Source: a virus. From it: a DNA stretch of 64,000 bases. Below, piece after piece: positions 34,177-43,071 of the stretch (the first letter of the stretch is position 1; the number at the start of each line of letters is the position of its first letter). The notes under the pieces were generated by a model. That model saw nothing but the letters and a program-made list of their open reading frames with translations, had not been told where the DNA came from and did no database searches. The stretch lies in the IMG/VR virus record IMGVR_UViG_3300045988_117450, positions 28,684 through 92,683 of that record; one strand, 5' to 3'. Both the position numbers and the translations under genes were made by a program.

Positions 34177-36538
34177 ACCTATTATAATATTCGATAATCT
34201 TTTCTTTCCTATCTCCCGGTTTTACTGCCATATTCTCAGCCAAGAACCTAAAATACGACACCGGTATGTCTTTGAATCTAATTCCTTCATATTTTCCAAA
34301 CCACATTATTATGCTGTCAAGATCGTCCTCTCTCCTACCATCTCCATTTACGGATTTAAGCGAGGCTGCCCGGCGAAGGATCTCGTCTTTGGTAATAATA
34401 TCACCCATCCTTATATTGGACAGAAGTTGATCTCCGGCAAACATACACCAGCCTTTAGAAGGGAATTGTTCGATTGTCAAGTCTTCTATCCGACCGAAAC
34501 GCCTCATGTTGTCGCAGCAATCAACTATCAGTGCCTCTTTCTTGTCAGGATGGATGCGAACTGCACGGCCTACAATCTGGTAAAATACTGAATATGAGAA
34601 TGTTGGACGCCCAAACATCACACAGTCAAGTTCAGGAAAGTCAAATCCGGTAGCAAGCGTTGAATAATTAAAAACCACCTTCAACTTTCCTTCTTTGAAA
34701 TCGGATATAATTTGCTCTCTTTTCTTTTTGGTTGTTAGCGATGTTACGACACCGGTTATGGCTCCCATCCTGGCATTCATGAACTCTGATATTCTATTAC
34801 ATGATTCGATAGAATCCATACAGACCAAAATGGCTTTACGTTCGTTCATAAGTTGAAGAAGGCGCTTGTAGATAGAGTTGTTTAAGCCATTTCGTACAAT
34901 ACTTTCTTTAATAGATTCGTTGGTGTATTCAGCCCCGGTGCTGTTTAACATCAGAGCCGATTCATCAAACGACCATCGTTCGTACTTAAGTGGACACCAA
35001 AACCCTTGAGAAGTTAGTTCTTGTATCTGAGTCACATGAACTATTTTCTTGAAGAAGTTATGTTCGTCTTTCGTCAGCATATTGAGCTTGCTATAGTTTC
35101 CTTCCAGCATGGAACTGTAGGTTCGGAGGCGGCAGGGAGTGGCGGTGAATCCCAGCACCTTCGCCTCGGGAAACTCGCTCATAAACTCCATAAACTCAGA
35201 ACCTTCTTCAGGAGAATATCCTGAATGACAATTTCCAGAAACAAATGTATATCCTTTATATCTTAGTACTATACATCCAGATGGAACCTCTACGCAATAA
35301 ACTTGTCCGGTGTATTTTTCATATCGTTTATACATAGAGTTAGTGCCTCTTAGTTTTTTGTCTTTTGTTATAAAAAGCCTATAAACATCCGAATATGTTT
35401 CTTTTCTGCCATCCTTTTCAATAGAAACATAACATCCGTGGCCAGCTATTGTGGCTACAGAATTATAAAAATCCACCTGCGTTTTATCGGTCGATGAATA
35501 ATAAAGCATCGTATTCCCTATAATACTGCCGTCCCATAAAGAACACTCTTCTATTACCGATCTTGCTTTTTCGTAAGACATTGGGAATGATATATGATTT
35601 CGAATATCCTTTGTTGTAAACTTTGGCATTCTTACCATAAACCTTCTTCTGTTTTTCGTATTTCCTTCTTTTTCTATTTTTCCTTTAACTTCCCATATCT
35701 CAACGTTTGCATTCTTACATAAATAATGAATCCTTTTTATTTTTCTTTCTTTTGAAAATGAGAAAGATATAATTGTGTCATTTTCGTTTTTGTTATGAAT
35801 ACTTCCATCTGCTTGTGTTGCTATAAACAACCTCTCCATGTCAGATAAGGAATCGCCTTCGCTATCTACACGTGATATCCCTGATACCGGAATGCATTTC
35901 CCAGATTTAAAAGAAGCTTCAGATATTTTCTGTTTATACCATTTACCGTATTTCTTATCATAAAACAAGAAATCATGATTCTTTGTCACTGGAAGATCTA
36001 TTCCATGTTTAATATGAAGTAAACAAATGTCACCATCGTGCGGCTTGTTGATATATCTGATAGGCATCACAAAATCAATAAATCCTTTATCATATTGAGC
36101 TACCCTTACATTTTGTTCTAATTTATTAAATTGAACAAACCCTTTTTCGGTTAATATCTCCACATCTCCAGTAAAACATTCATCTATCAAGATCGTATCT
36201 ATCCCTATATCCTTCAACCTCGCTACATCTTTTTTTATGCTCTTTAATGTTGCATAAGTCATAGCCGACAGTTCCTTTATACCACATGAAGCAGAATATA
36301 TGGTAGGTTTAGAATCGAATGATACGGCCTTTGCATAATTCTGCTCCAGAATCTCTTTTGAGGGCTGTAATACTAATGTTGGTCTATTTATTTCATGTGC
36401 TATCTTGGATATCAGAAGGCTCTTTCCACATCCACATGGAGCTACGATTATGCCAGGCTTTTTAGATCTTCCTGTAAGAAACTTAAGCCCGGCATCTACC
36501 GCCTCTTTTTGGTAAGGTCTAAGTTCAAAGCCCATCAC
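34157..36538 (-). CDS. superfamily-2 DExH (DECH)-box helicase interrupted by a 316-aa intein. Precursor 793 aa, GTG start; mature ~477 aa.
   Basis: Motif I APCGCGKS, Ia LVLQP, II ILIDE|C...|CHSGY (DECH after splicing), III LGFTATP, VI QIVGRAVR. The last ~6 codons and the stop lie inside the IS copy 2 right end (34160-34176). Confidence 0.8.
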   Translation of the reverse strand: MMGFELRPYQKEAVDAGLKFLTGRSKKPGIIVAPCGCGKSLLISKIAHEINRPTLVLQPSKEILEQNYAKAVSFDSKPTIYSASCGIKELSAMTYATLKSIKKDVARLKDIGIDTILIDECFTGDVEILTEKGFVQFNKLEQNVRVAQYDKGFIDFVMPIRYINKPHDGDICLLHIKHGIDLPVTKNHDFLFYDKKYGKWYKQKISEASFKSGKCIPVSGISRVDSEGDSLSDMERLFIATQADGSIHNKNENDTIISFSFSKERKIKRIHYLCKNANVEIWEVKGKIEKEGNTKNRRRFMVRMPKFTTKDIRNHISFPMSYEKARSVIEECSLWDGSIIGNTMLYYSSTDKTQVDFYNSVATIAGHGCYVSIEKDGRKETYSDVYRLFITKDKKLRGTNSMYKRYEKYTGQVYCVEVPSGCIVLRYKGYTFVSGNCHSGYSPEEGSEFMEFMSEFPEAKVLGFTATPCRLRTYSSMLEGNYSKLNMLTKDEHNFFKKIVHVTQIQELTSQGFWCPLKYERWSFDESALMLNSTGAEYTNESIKESIVRNGLNNSIYKRLLQLMNERKAILVCMDSIESCNRISEFMNARMGAITGVVTSLTTKKKREQIISDFKEGKLKVVFNYSTLATGFDFPELDCVMFGRPTFSYSVFYQIVGRAVRIHPDKKEALIVDCCDNMRRFGRIEDLTIEQFPSKGWCMFAGDQLLSNIRMGDIITKDEILRRAASLKSVNGDGRREDDLDSIIMWFGKYEGIRFKDIPVSYFRFLAENMAVKPGDRKEKIIEYYNRLTYSHS
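35231..36178 (-). other. intein with a LAGLIDADG homing-endonuclease domain, inserted at helicase motif II
   Basis: N-terminal block A CFTGDVEIL (Cys1 = residue 121), block B VTKNHDFL (T.NH), LAGLIDADG-like LFIATQADGSI, C-terminal ...TFVSGN followed by +1 Cys (CHSGY); 948 bp in frame. Confidence 0.7.
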
Positions 36539-36911
36539 AATCTATTATATTATTTTTTGAAAGTTCTATTATCGCCTCTTTCAACATCTCCCTTGCTTTA
36601 TTCTCATTATCTTCAAACAGGCATACACTGCATGTAGCACCTTTGGAGGGGTAGTCTCTGTAGGCTTCTGCTCTTTCTACAACGTACTCACAACAATAGT
36701 CGTGACTCATGTCTTTTGCTATACTTATGAAATGATCTTCTCCATCCATCAACACGCAATATTCAGCATCGTTTTCGCATGCAATAACACCTTTGTTTTT
36801 TAAAATGGATAGCACTTTATTTCCAAAAAGTCCAATATAGACCCATATACCTTTCCCTGCATTTTTGTAAAAAATATCCATCCCTTCTTTGATTGTGACT
36901 TTCTTTTCCAT
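36525..36911 (-). CDS. hypothetical protein (128 aa)
   Basis: ORF upstream of, and overlapping, the helicase start. Confidence 0.45.
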   Translation of the reverse strand: MEKKVTIKEGMDIFYKNAGKGIWVYIGLFGNKVLSILKNKGVIACENDAEYCVLMDGEDHFISIAKDMSHDYCCEYVVERAEAYRDYPSKGATCSVCLFEDNENKAREMLKEAIIELSKNNIIDCDGL

Positions 36912-36917
36912 AATCCC

Positions 36918-37232
36918 TTATTTTATATCAGTAATTAAAACATATCTTTCGACAATATCTTCAAGCTCCATAGAACATAACAAACTTGGGCTTTTTCCGT
37001 ACTCGTACAGAGCGTACCCTTCCTTTATATCTAATATCTTGATTATATGCTTGCCTCTTTCAAATGGATCCATGAAGTAGCCTTTGTATTCGTATCTTTG
37101 ACCAACTTTTATTTTGTCGGTCTTCTTCTTCATCTTATACCGATCTATTACCCTGCTTATTTTTATAAGAATCGTTACAAACAAGTATGATAATAAAAAG
37201 ACCGCTGCTCCTGCTATCAATGCTCCTTTCAT
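36918..37232 (-). CDS. small membrane protein (104 aa)
   Basis: N-terminal TM helix ALIAGAAVFLLSYLFVTILI. Confidence 0.45.
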   Translation of the reverse strand: MKGALIAGAAVFLLSYLFVTILIKISRVIDRYKMKKKTDKIKVGQRYEYKGYFMDPFERGKHIIKILDIKEGYALYEYGKSPSLLCSMELEDIVERYVLITDIK

Positions 37233-37398
37233 TGTATTTCTTTTAAGTAGTTAAACCATATATCCTCCAGTCTTTCCTGAAGCTCAAACGCTTTCTTGAA
37301 ATTCCCGCATCTTACAGCAACGTCTCTCATGTATTCTACGTTTATAACTTCCGGATCTTGCCGGTATTTTGTTCTTAACTTTTGAACGTCCTCGTATT

Positions 37399-38418
37399 TC
37401 ATCGTTTTATCTTTTTAGACGGATCCCAATCCGAAGAGAAAGGGCATTCGTTTTTGTTATGTAATCCAAAGTCGCAATAATAACACAGTGCTGACGGGCA
37501 GGGTAGCTTGTTTTGCGAAACAGGCTGGCTTAGGGTGGCACGCCGCTTGCTATACCTGGCTCCTTCTGCTCCCTGGATGTACGCTTGAAATGATTTTACA
37601 CTATTATCTTCAAAATCATACATTTTAGACAAAGTGTCATTTAGCATCTCTATAGATTTTGTTTTACGTTCCTCATCCACCTTAACCTTTTGGTACTGCC
37701 TGGTCCTGGTAAAGAAATAGATGTTCATATCTGGAAGAACTCCACCATATCTTCTATAGATGTAAAATGAATATATAGGATGCTGTAAATTCGTTTCCAA
37801 CTTCTTAGAATCAAAAACCTTATTACCTGATTTCCAATCTATGACATAATGGTGAACTACGTTCTTGCTTTTTATAGCCAGATGAAGGTCTACCGATCCT
37901 ACTATGTACACATGAGTATGAATTACTCCATTTATGTTAACAGGCTTAGGAAGACGGTACGGCAGCACAAAATCTTCTTCGACTCCAACTATGGCGCCGT
38001 GTCTGATAAGTTTCTCACAGGGATTAAGATCACTATCAGCTATCATAAACCTATTCCCGTCTTTTTTAAACAGATCCACAATCCAAGCAAGAAGTTCTCC
38101 AGATTGTTTCATGGCTATCATCATATTTTCCGGTGATTGCCAAGGTATGTCTTCTTGGTAAGCATAGTAACTTATTGCTTCTCCAAGGTCTTTACCAGAA
38201 GGCTGTCTTCCGTTCTTGAAAAAGTATTCCAGTGTCTTATGAATAACCGTACCATAAGACGTAGCTTCTTGTTTTTCTGTAGACCTTTTACCTTCCACAT
38301 AAGTCTTATACCATTTCATTGGACAAGTAAGAAACGTATCTATCTGGGAATAAGATATGGCAAGACGTTTCACACCATTAAACTCCTTATATAGCAAATG
38401 CGTTTCTGGGACCATCAT
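37399..38418 (-). CDS. Cas4-like / RecB-family PD-(D/E)xK exonuclease with an Fe-S cysteine cluster (339 aa)
   Basis: Motif I with Cys SYSQIDTFLTCPMKWY, motif II IVGSVDL, motif III VIDWKSG (DYKTG-like), QhxxY QHPIYSFY, C-terminal CPSALCYYC...C. Contains GC-rich island 37488-37590. Confidence 0.65.
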   Translation of the reverse strand: MMVPETHLLYKEFNGVKRLAISYSQIDTFLTCPMKWYKTYVEGKRSTEKQEATSYGTVIHKTLEYFFKNGRQPSGKDLGEAISYYAYQEDIPWQSPENMMIAMKQSGELLAWIVDLFKKDGNRFMIADSDLNPCEKLIRHGAIVGVEEDFVLPYRLPKPVNINGVIHTHVYIVGSVDLHLAIKSKNVVHHYVIDWKSGNKVFDSKKLETNLQHPIYSFYIYRRYGGVLPDMNIYFFTRTRQYQKVKVDEERKTKSIEMLNDTLSKMYDFEDNSVKSFQAYIQGAEGARYSKRRATLSQPVSQNKLPCPSALCYYCDFGLHNKNECPFSSDWDPSKKIKR

Positions 38419-38774
38419 AAGCTATCGTCTTTAAATCCTTCCGGGTAATATACGACATACTTCTTACCATCTTCTGGTGTCATGGCGAACTGCATGTAGT
38501 TGTTACGATTACGATGTTTGCCATCCAATCCACGTTTCCAATACAGTATCCCGTCTATATCCACATAAGATCGGCCTCGGTCGGCTCTAACTACGTCCGT
38601 GTGCAGCAGATACCCGTCGGAAGACACGATCCACACTTTATCCCCTTTGTTTAAATAGGATATTCTTTTTCTTACAACAACCTTTTTCTTATTATCTAAT
38701 GCAAATTCCTCATCAGTCATACTCTTCATCCTCCTCTTCTTCTGTTTCAAAATCAATTCCATAACACTGATCAT
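38415..38774 (-). CDS. hypothetical protein (119 aa; internal Met may be the true start)
   Basis: ORF between the flotillin and nuclease genes. Confidence 0.4.
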   Translation of the reverse strand: MISVMELILKQKKRRMKSMTDEEFALDNKKKVVVRKRISYLNKGDKVWIVSSDGYLLHTDVVRADRGRSYVDIDGILYWKRGLDGKHRNRNNYMQFAMTPEDGKKYVVYYPEGFKDDSL

Positions 38775-38927
38775 AATGCTTGGTCAGTTCTTCTGGTTCT
38801 AAATCTTGTCCAAAATCCATGTTAAAAATATTGTAATTAGTAAAGCACTGTCCCTGCCGGCAGGAAATCTATAAATGCTGCTTTTGCTTCTTCAATTAGG
38901 CCCAAGTGTAACCTTGGGCCATTGTAT

Positions 38928-40628
38928 TTATTTTTTGTCATCTCCTTTTAACTTCTTTAAAGTATCTGCAATCGGAAGCTGATCAATGACTCCCAATGCC
39001 GGAGCAACGGCCTTAACAACATTGTTAAGGAAATTACCGGTGCTGTTCTGACCGCCGTCAAATACCGTGATATTTCCGAGATTGATGTGCTCGAACGCCT
39101 TAACCTGTTCTCCAGCAATTTCTTTCCACTGATTAACCATCTTGTACTGGATGGCGATCTGAGGATTGGATTCTGCTGCTTCCACCATAGCCTTAAATCC
39201 GTCGGCTTCTGCCATTAACGACTTTTTCTTACCTTCGGCTTCTGCCTCCAGCTTCATCTGAATAGCTTTTGCCTCTGCCTCAGCTTTTGCCAAATGTGCT
39301 GATGCCTCAGCCTCAGCCCGGCGTTTGATCTTCTCGGCCTCGGCATCAGCTTGCAAGATAGCCTCTTCCTTCTGGGTTTCAGCCGGCACAATCTTTTCAG
39401 CCTTAAGCGCAGCCTGAACTTTCTTAGCCTTAGCTTCTTCCACTTCTTTGTCTGCAAGCTCTTTTGCTGTTTTTACAGCCGCTTCCGATTTAACTTTTTC
39501 TTCTCCGGCCTTCTTTTCTGATTGAGCTTTGATAATCTGCAATTCTGATACTGACACAGCAACCTCCTTCTGGGCATTGTTGTATCCTATAGACGCATTT
39601 TTCTCAGCCTCAGCCTTCTTAATCTGAGCTTCAGAGTTTTGTATTGCTATAGCTGCTTCCTTGTCAGCTTCAGCCTTGTTCTTTCCGACTTCTTCCATCC
39701 TTTCAGCCTCGGCTTTATTTACTTCAAGTTCTGCCTTAGATCTTACGATCGCCGATTCCTTGTCGGTTAAAGTTTTTGCGATAACCGCAGCCCTATCTCT
39801 ATCTGCTTGAGCTACACCAATCTGTTTTTCTTTATCGGTTAAAGCCAAAGCTATTTCTTTTTCTTTCTTCGTTTCAGCTACTATTGTTTCCTTTTCTTTT
39901 TCAGTACAAGCAATTTGAATCTCTTGTTCTTTTTTGGTATTAGCCACAGCCGTTTCTTTCTCCTTCTGCTGTACAGCAATCTTAATAGCCCCCAGCTTCT
40001 CCTGTTCTTCGATATTAGCCTGTGCTTCGTTCAGAGCCCTACTTTCAGCCTCCTTACCAAGGTTCATAATATAACCGGCTTCGTCTCTAATGTCACTGAT
40101 GTTGATGTTCAGGAGGTAAAGACCTAACTTGTTAAGCTCGTTATCAATGTTCTTTCTTGCCTTATCCAAAAACTCATCCCTGTCAGAATTAAGTTTTTCG
40201 ATTGTCATTTCAGCAATAATCAAACGCATCTGACCGTAAACGATGTCCGTAATAAGATTTTCAGTAGATTCGGTATCCATTCCCAAAAGTCTTTCTGCCG
40301 CATTTTGCATGATCTCTGGATTTGTACTGATAGCTACTGTAATAGTCGTAGGAACATCTACTCTAATATTCTGAGATGACAAAGCACCGGTAAGCTTGCA
40401 ATCTATTTGCATAGGCTCCATTGACAAAACATCATAGCTTTGAATAATAGGCAAGACAAATGCCGCTCCACCATGATATAATTTCGCCGATTTCTTTTCC
40501 CCACCTGTCTTACCATAAACGACCAAGACCTGATTAGGCTTACATCTACGATACCTTGATAAGACTCCGATGATTGTCAAAATAATCACTACAGCTAAGA
40601 TAGCTGACACGTACATGATTGTTGTCAT
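38928..40628 (-). CDS. floT: flotillin-like SPFH (band-7) domain protein, FloT/YuaG/YqiK family (566 aa)
   Basis: N-terminal TM helix; SPFH core NQVLVVYGKTGG...YHGGAAFVLPIIQSYDVLSMEP...; long EA/AEAE-repeat coiled coil; C-terminal NITVFDGG. Close resemblance to B. subtilis FloT (GGGTFVLPVFQ, KITVVDTGG). Confidence 0.8.
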   Translation of the reverse strand: MTTIMYVSAILAVVIILTIIGVLSRYRRCKPNQVLVVYGKTGGEKKSAKLYHGGAAFVLPIIQSYDVLSMEPMQIDCKLTGALSSQNIRVDVPTTITVAISTNPEIMQNAAERLLGMDTESTENLITDIVYGQMRLIIAEMTIEKLNSDRDEFLDKARKNIDNELNKLGLYLLNINISDIRDEAGYIMNLGKEAESRALNEAQANIEEQEKLGAIKIAVQQKEKETAVANTKKEQEIQIACTEKEKETIVAETKKEKEIALALTDKEKQIGVAQADRDRAAVIAKTLTDKESAIVRSKAELEVNKAEAERMEEVGKNKAEADKEAAIAIQNSEAQIKKAEAEKNASIGYNNAQKEVAVSVSELQIIKAQSEKKAGEEKVKSEAAVKTAKELADKEVEEAKAKKVQAALKAEKIVPAETQKEEAILQADAEAEKIKRRAEAEASAHLAKAEAEAKAIQMKLEAEAEGKKKSLMAEADGFKAMVEAAESNPQIAIQYKMVNQWKEIAGEQVKAFEHINLGNITVFDGGQNSTGNFLNNVVKAVAPALGVIDQLPIADTLKKLKGDDKK

Positions 40629-40660
40629 AACTTTTAAAATTTAATTGTTGATAAAAAAAA

Positions 40661-41149
40661 TTAGATACTTAGTTCTCCTTCTTCGTATTTTATATTCACC
40701 TTGTCACCGTTTTTGTAAGTTTTTCCAGACAAGCATCTTACTCTCATTTGCTCCTGTCTTCCATTTTTCGAAATATTTACCATATAATGATTCTTACCTG
40801 ATCTAAATACTATCTCCACCTCTCTGCCATTTAAATCTTCCGGACATTCGTACACCATTTCTTGCTTTAACTTAAGAAGTAACTTATATACGTAAAACAA
40901 AACGATAAAGAAAAACGACCCTATCACAACCCCTACTAAATGGGAACCCGAAAAGTAGGTAGTCCAGCTATATCCAAGAATAAAATGTGTTATGCCCTTG
41001 AATGATATGATGTCCGACAAAGACATACTTAAATCAGAAGCATTGTCAATATCCGTATCCAGATCAGATCCTAATATCGACAACAAAAACTGTATAACAA
41101 AAGCAAATGATGCTATTAAAGCCATGCATAAAATTATATCATTTCCCAT
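40661..41149 (-). CDS. NfeD-like membrane protein (YuaF/YqiJ-type flotillin partner; 162 aa)
   Basis: 2-3 TM helices followed by a C-terminal beta-rich OB-like domain GREVEIVFRSGKNHYMVNISKNGRQEQMRVRCLSGKTYKNGDKVNIKYEEGE; directly upstream of and co-oriented with the flotillin gene. Confidence 0.5.
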   Translation of the reverse strand: MGNDIILCMALIASFAFVIQFLLSILGSDLDTDIDNASDLSMSLSDIISFKGITHFILGYSWTTYFSGSHLVGVVIGSFFFIVLFYVYKLLLKLKQEMVYECPEDLNGREVEIVFRSGKNHYMVNISKNGRQEQMRVRCLSGKTYKNGDKVNIKYEEGELSI

Positions 41150-41390
41150 GTCCTTCTGTTTTTATTTTGTAAACAAGATCAGTCATATCTTTGATGGTCT
41201 CCATATCATAATCAATAATAACAATATTGAATTTTTGTTCCACCATCATTTCAAGTTCAATTTGATCAAGAGAATCTAATCCAAGTTCTTTAAACGTCAC
41301 ATCTTCTTCGTGAACTATATCCATTTCTGAATTAAGAAACTGAGTAATAATTATATCCTCTATAATCTTTCTGATTTCTACTTTTTCCAT
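41139..41390 (-). CDS. acpP: acyl carrier protein-like (83 aa)
   Basis: Canonical phosphopantetheine-attachment motif LGLDSLDQIELEM (LGxDSLxxVEL) in a four-helix-sized acidic protein; overlaps the NfeD-like gene start by 11 nt. Confidence 0.7.
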   Translation of the reverse strand: MEKVEIRKIIEDIIITQFLNSEMDIVHEEDVTFKELGLDSLDQIELEMMVEQKFNIVIIDYDMETIKDMTDLVYKIKTEGHGK

Positions 41391-42091
41391 TGCTTTCTAA
41401 TTTTGTTAAATAAATACGTTTTTATGTTTTTCAATCGCTCTTTGTCTGTTTCAGAACTTCCGGTAAACAAATAATCCGGATTGCCTTTAGCTGGCGGCGT
41501 AGGCAATTTAGATACGGCAAACAACCAATCCATTTCCTTATTCTTCTTAGACTCCAAATAAGGCTCGGTAGCGATCTTAAATTTTTCAGCTATTAAGTCA
41601 AAGAGCTTTGAATTTTTAAGGTTCATATGAACTGAAAAAGCCTGAGAAGGCGGTTTCCATATGAAGTTACATAAGCTCATTGTGTAATCTCCTGACTCTG
41701 CTATATAAGATTCTGTTACCTGAAGTATGACCTCTTTCTTAAATGAGGTGTTACCCATAAACCAACACAATCTGGATTCCGCTTCTTTTCTGCTGACACC
41801 TATGTCTTTTGAATATGATTCGTACATTCCTATCATAATCTTCAACGTTTCCAGAACCTCGTCCGTCATTTCCGGTGTCTCTATATAATTCACAAAAGAC
41901 GTTCCTTTGTTGGTTAATCTCATCACGCCTGATTTTAATTTCTCAACCAGGCCAAGCTCTATATACCTCCCAGCATCTTCTTCCGGCATGGCTTCGATCA
42001 TAACCGAATCCTTCTGTCTTATGGCAAGAAGATTAGCGAGATCATTAGGAGTCATGTCTGATGCTGCAAGTTGTCTGAAATTGATGTACAT
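41378..42091 (-). CDS. hypothetical protein (237 aa)
   Basis: ORF overlapping the ACP start, same operon. Confidence 0.5.
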   Translation of the reverse strand: MYINFRQLAASDMTPNDLANLLAIRQKDSVMIEAMPEEDAGRYIELGLVEKLKSGVMRLTNKGTSFVNYIETPEMTDEVLETLKIMIGMYESYSKDIGVSRKEAESRLCWFMGNTSFKKEVILQVTESYIAESGDYTMSLCNFIWKPPSQAFSVHMNLKNSKLFDLIAEKFKIATEPYLESKKNKEMDWLFAVSKLPTPPAKGNPDYLFTGSSETDKERLKNIKTYLFNKIRKQWKK

Positions 42092-42093
42092 GC

Positions 42094-42300
42094 CTAATCA
42101 GCTTTAATAAAAATAACATCCTTGTTATCCTCCCTCTCCGTGTGATTACACGGACCTGCAACCACACCCACTGCCCCGCATGTAAAGTAATTAAATATAC
42201 ATCCTTCACATCCTGCATCTGGTGCCGTAGGTTCCACGCATTTTAATCTCACAAGTCCGGCATCAAACACTTCTCCTATTTTAAATTCCTTCTTTTCCAT
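42094..42300 (-). CDS. small Cys-rich hypothetical protein (68 aa)
   Basis: Five Cys (CVEP...CEGC...CGAV...PC). Confidence 0.4.
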   Translation of the reverse strand: MEKKEFKIGEVFDAGLVRLKCVEPTAPDAGCEGCIFNYFTCGAVGVVAGPCNHTEREDNKDVIFIKAD

Positions 42301-42315
42301 ATTTCCTCCTTGTTT

Positions 42316-43071
42316 TTAACTGTTGTATCCTTCTTTGATAATCGAATTTCTACCGGTAGATACCGACTGTCGAAGATCGTCATGTACAGAATCTACCGTA
42401 GAATACTTGTTTCTGGTTGTAAAAATCACTTCCAGCATCTCCTTGTAATCACCTAAAGCCACTTCGTATCTTGGATCCACTTTGGCTTTTCTTTCAGCCT
42501 CGGCATTACTTTTAGCCAGCTCTCGGTCGAGAAGATCTTCTTTGATTCGGTCAGCAATCATATCAAGCTCTTTTTTGATTACTTCGCCGGCTGCCCGAAG
42601 TTGACCTTCTACGTCACCAAGCTGATCTTGGACGGTTCCTATTTCTTTCTTTAAACGATCGTATTCGTTAATCATACCCATATCACCTGCATAGCCGGAA
42701 AAGTCCTTGATTATTCTGGTTCCTTCTTTAAGGAGCTCAATAACTCGTCTTTTGCGTTCTCTGCTTATTAAAGACGGAAGACGATAATTCATATCCGCCA
42801 CCGCCTTGTCGTGTATGGAGTTGATTAAAAACATCTCTCTTTCATCCCCTGCGAACTCAGTAAGAACCAAAAGGAACTTACTTATCAGGTATTCGTTTTC
42901 TTCTATGGTAAGTCTCATACGTTTCTTTTTTTTTAATATACTGACTGTTCTTCCTTTACCTCTTGTTCTTGATCTTGATTGTTCGTAACGTCTTCCACAG
43001 TATAGAGCTTGGGCGGCGTCGGCGGCTGGTTGGGGTTCACGAACTTCGTCCCTCCCTCCCCGTACATCCAT
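42316..43071 (-). CDS. hypothetical coiled-coil protein (true start probably the internal Met giving MRLTIEENEY..., ~200 aa)
   Basis: The N-terminal 51 codons of the track ORF overlap the DnaB-like gene and cross GC-rich island 43018-43108. Confidence 0.45.
   Translation of the reverse strand: MDVRGGRDEVREPQPAADAAQALYCGRRYEQSRSRTRGKGRTVSILKKKKRMRLTIEENEYLISKFLLVLTEFAGDEREMFLINSIHDKAVADMNYRLPSLISRERKRRVIELLKEGTRIIKDFSGYAGDMGMINEYDRLKKEIGTVQDQLGDVEGQLRAAGEVIKKELDMIADRIKEDLLDRELAKSNAEAERKAKVDPRYEVALGDYKEMLEVIFTTRNKYSTVDSVHDDLRQSVSTGRNSIIKEGYNS

Noticed and set aside
34127-34591. 154-aa plus-strand ORF
   Set aside because: Antisense within the helicase gene and the IS right end.
39254-39457. 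67-aa ORF inside the flotillin gene
   Set aside because: Alternate frame of the EA-repeat coiled-coil region; a repeat-driven artefact.
42316-43071. Full 251-aa extent of the ORF upstream of the DnaB-like gene
   Set aside because: The first ~50 codons overlap the DnaB-like gene across a GC-rich island that inflates ORF length; the internal Met (MRLTIEENEY) is the more plausible start.
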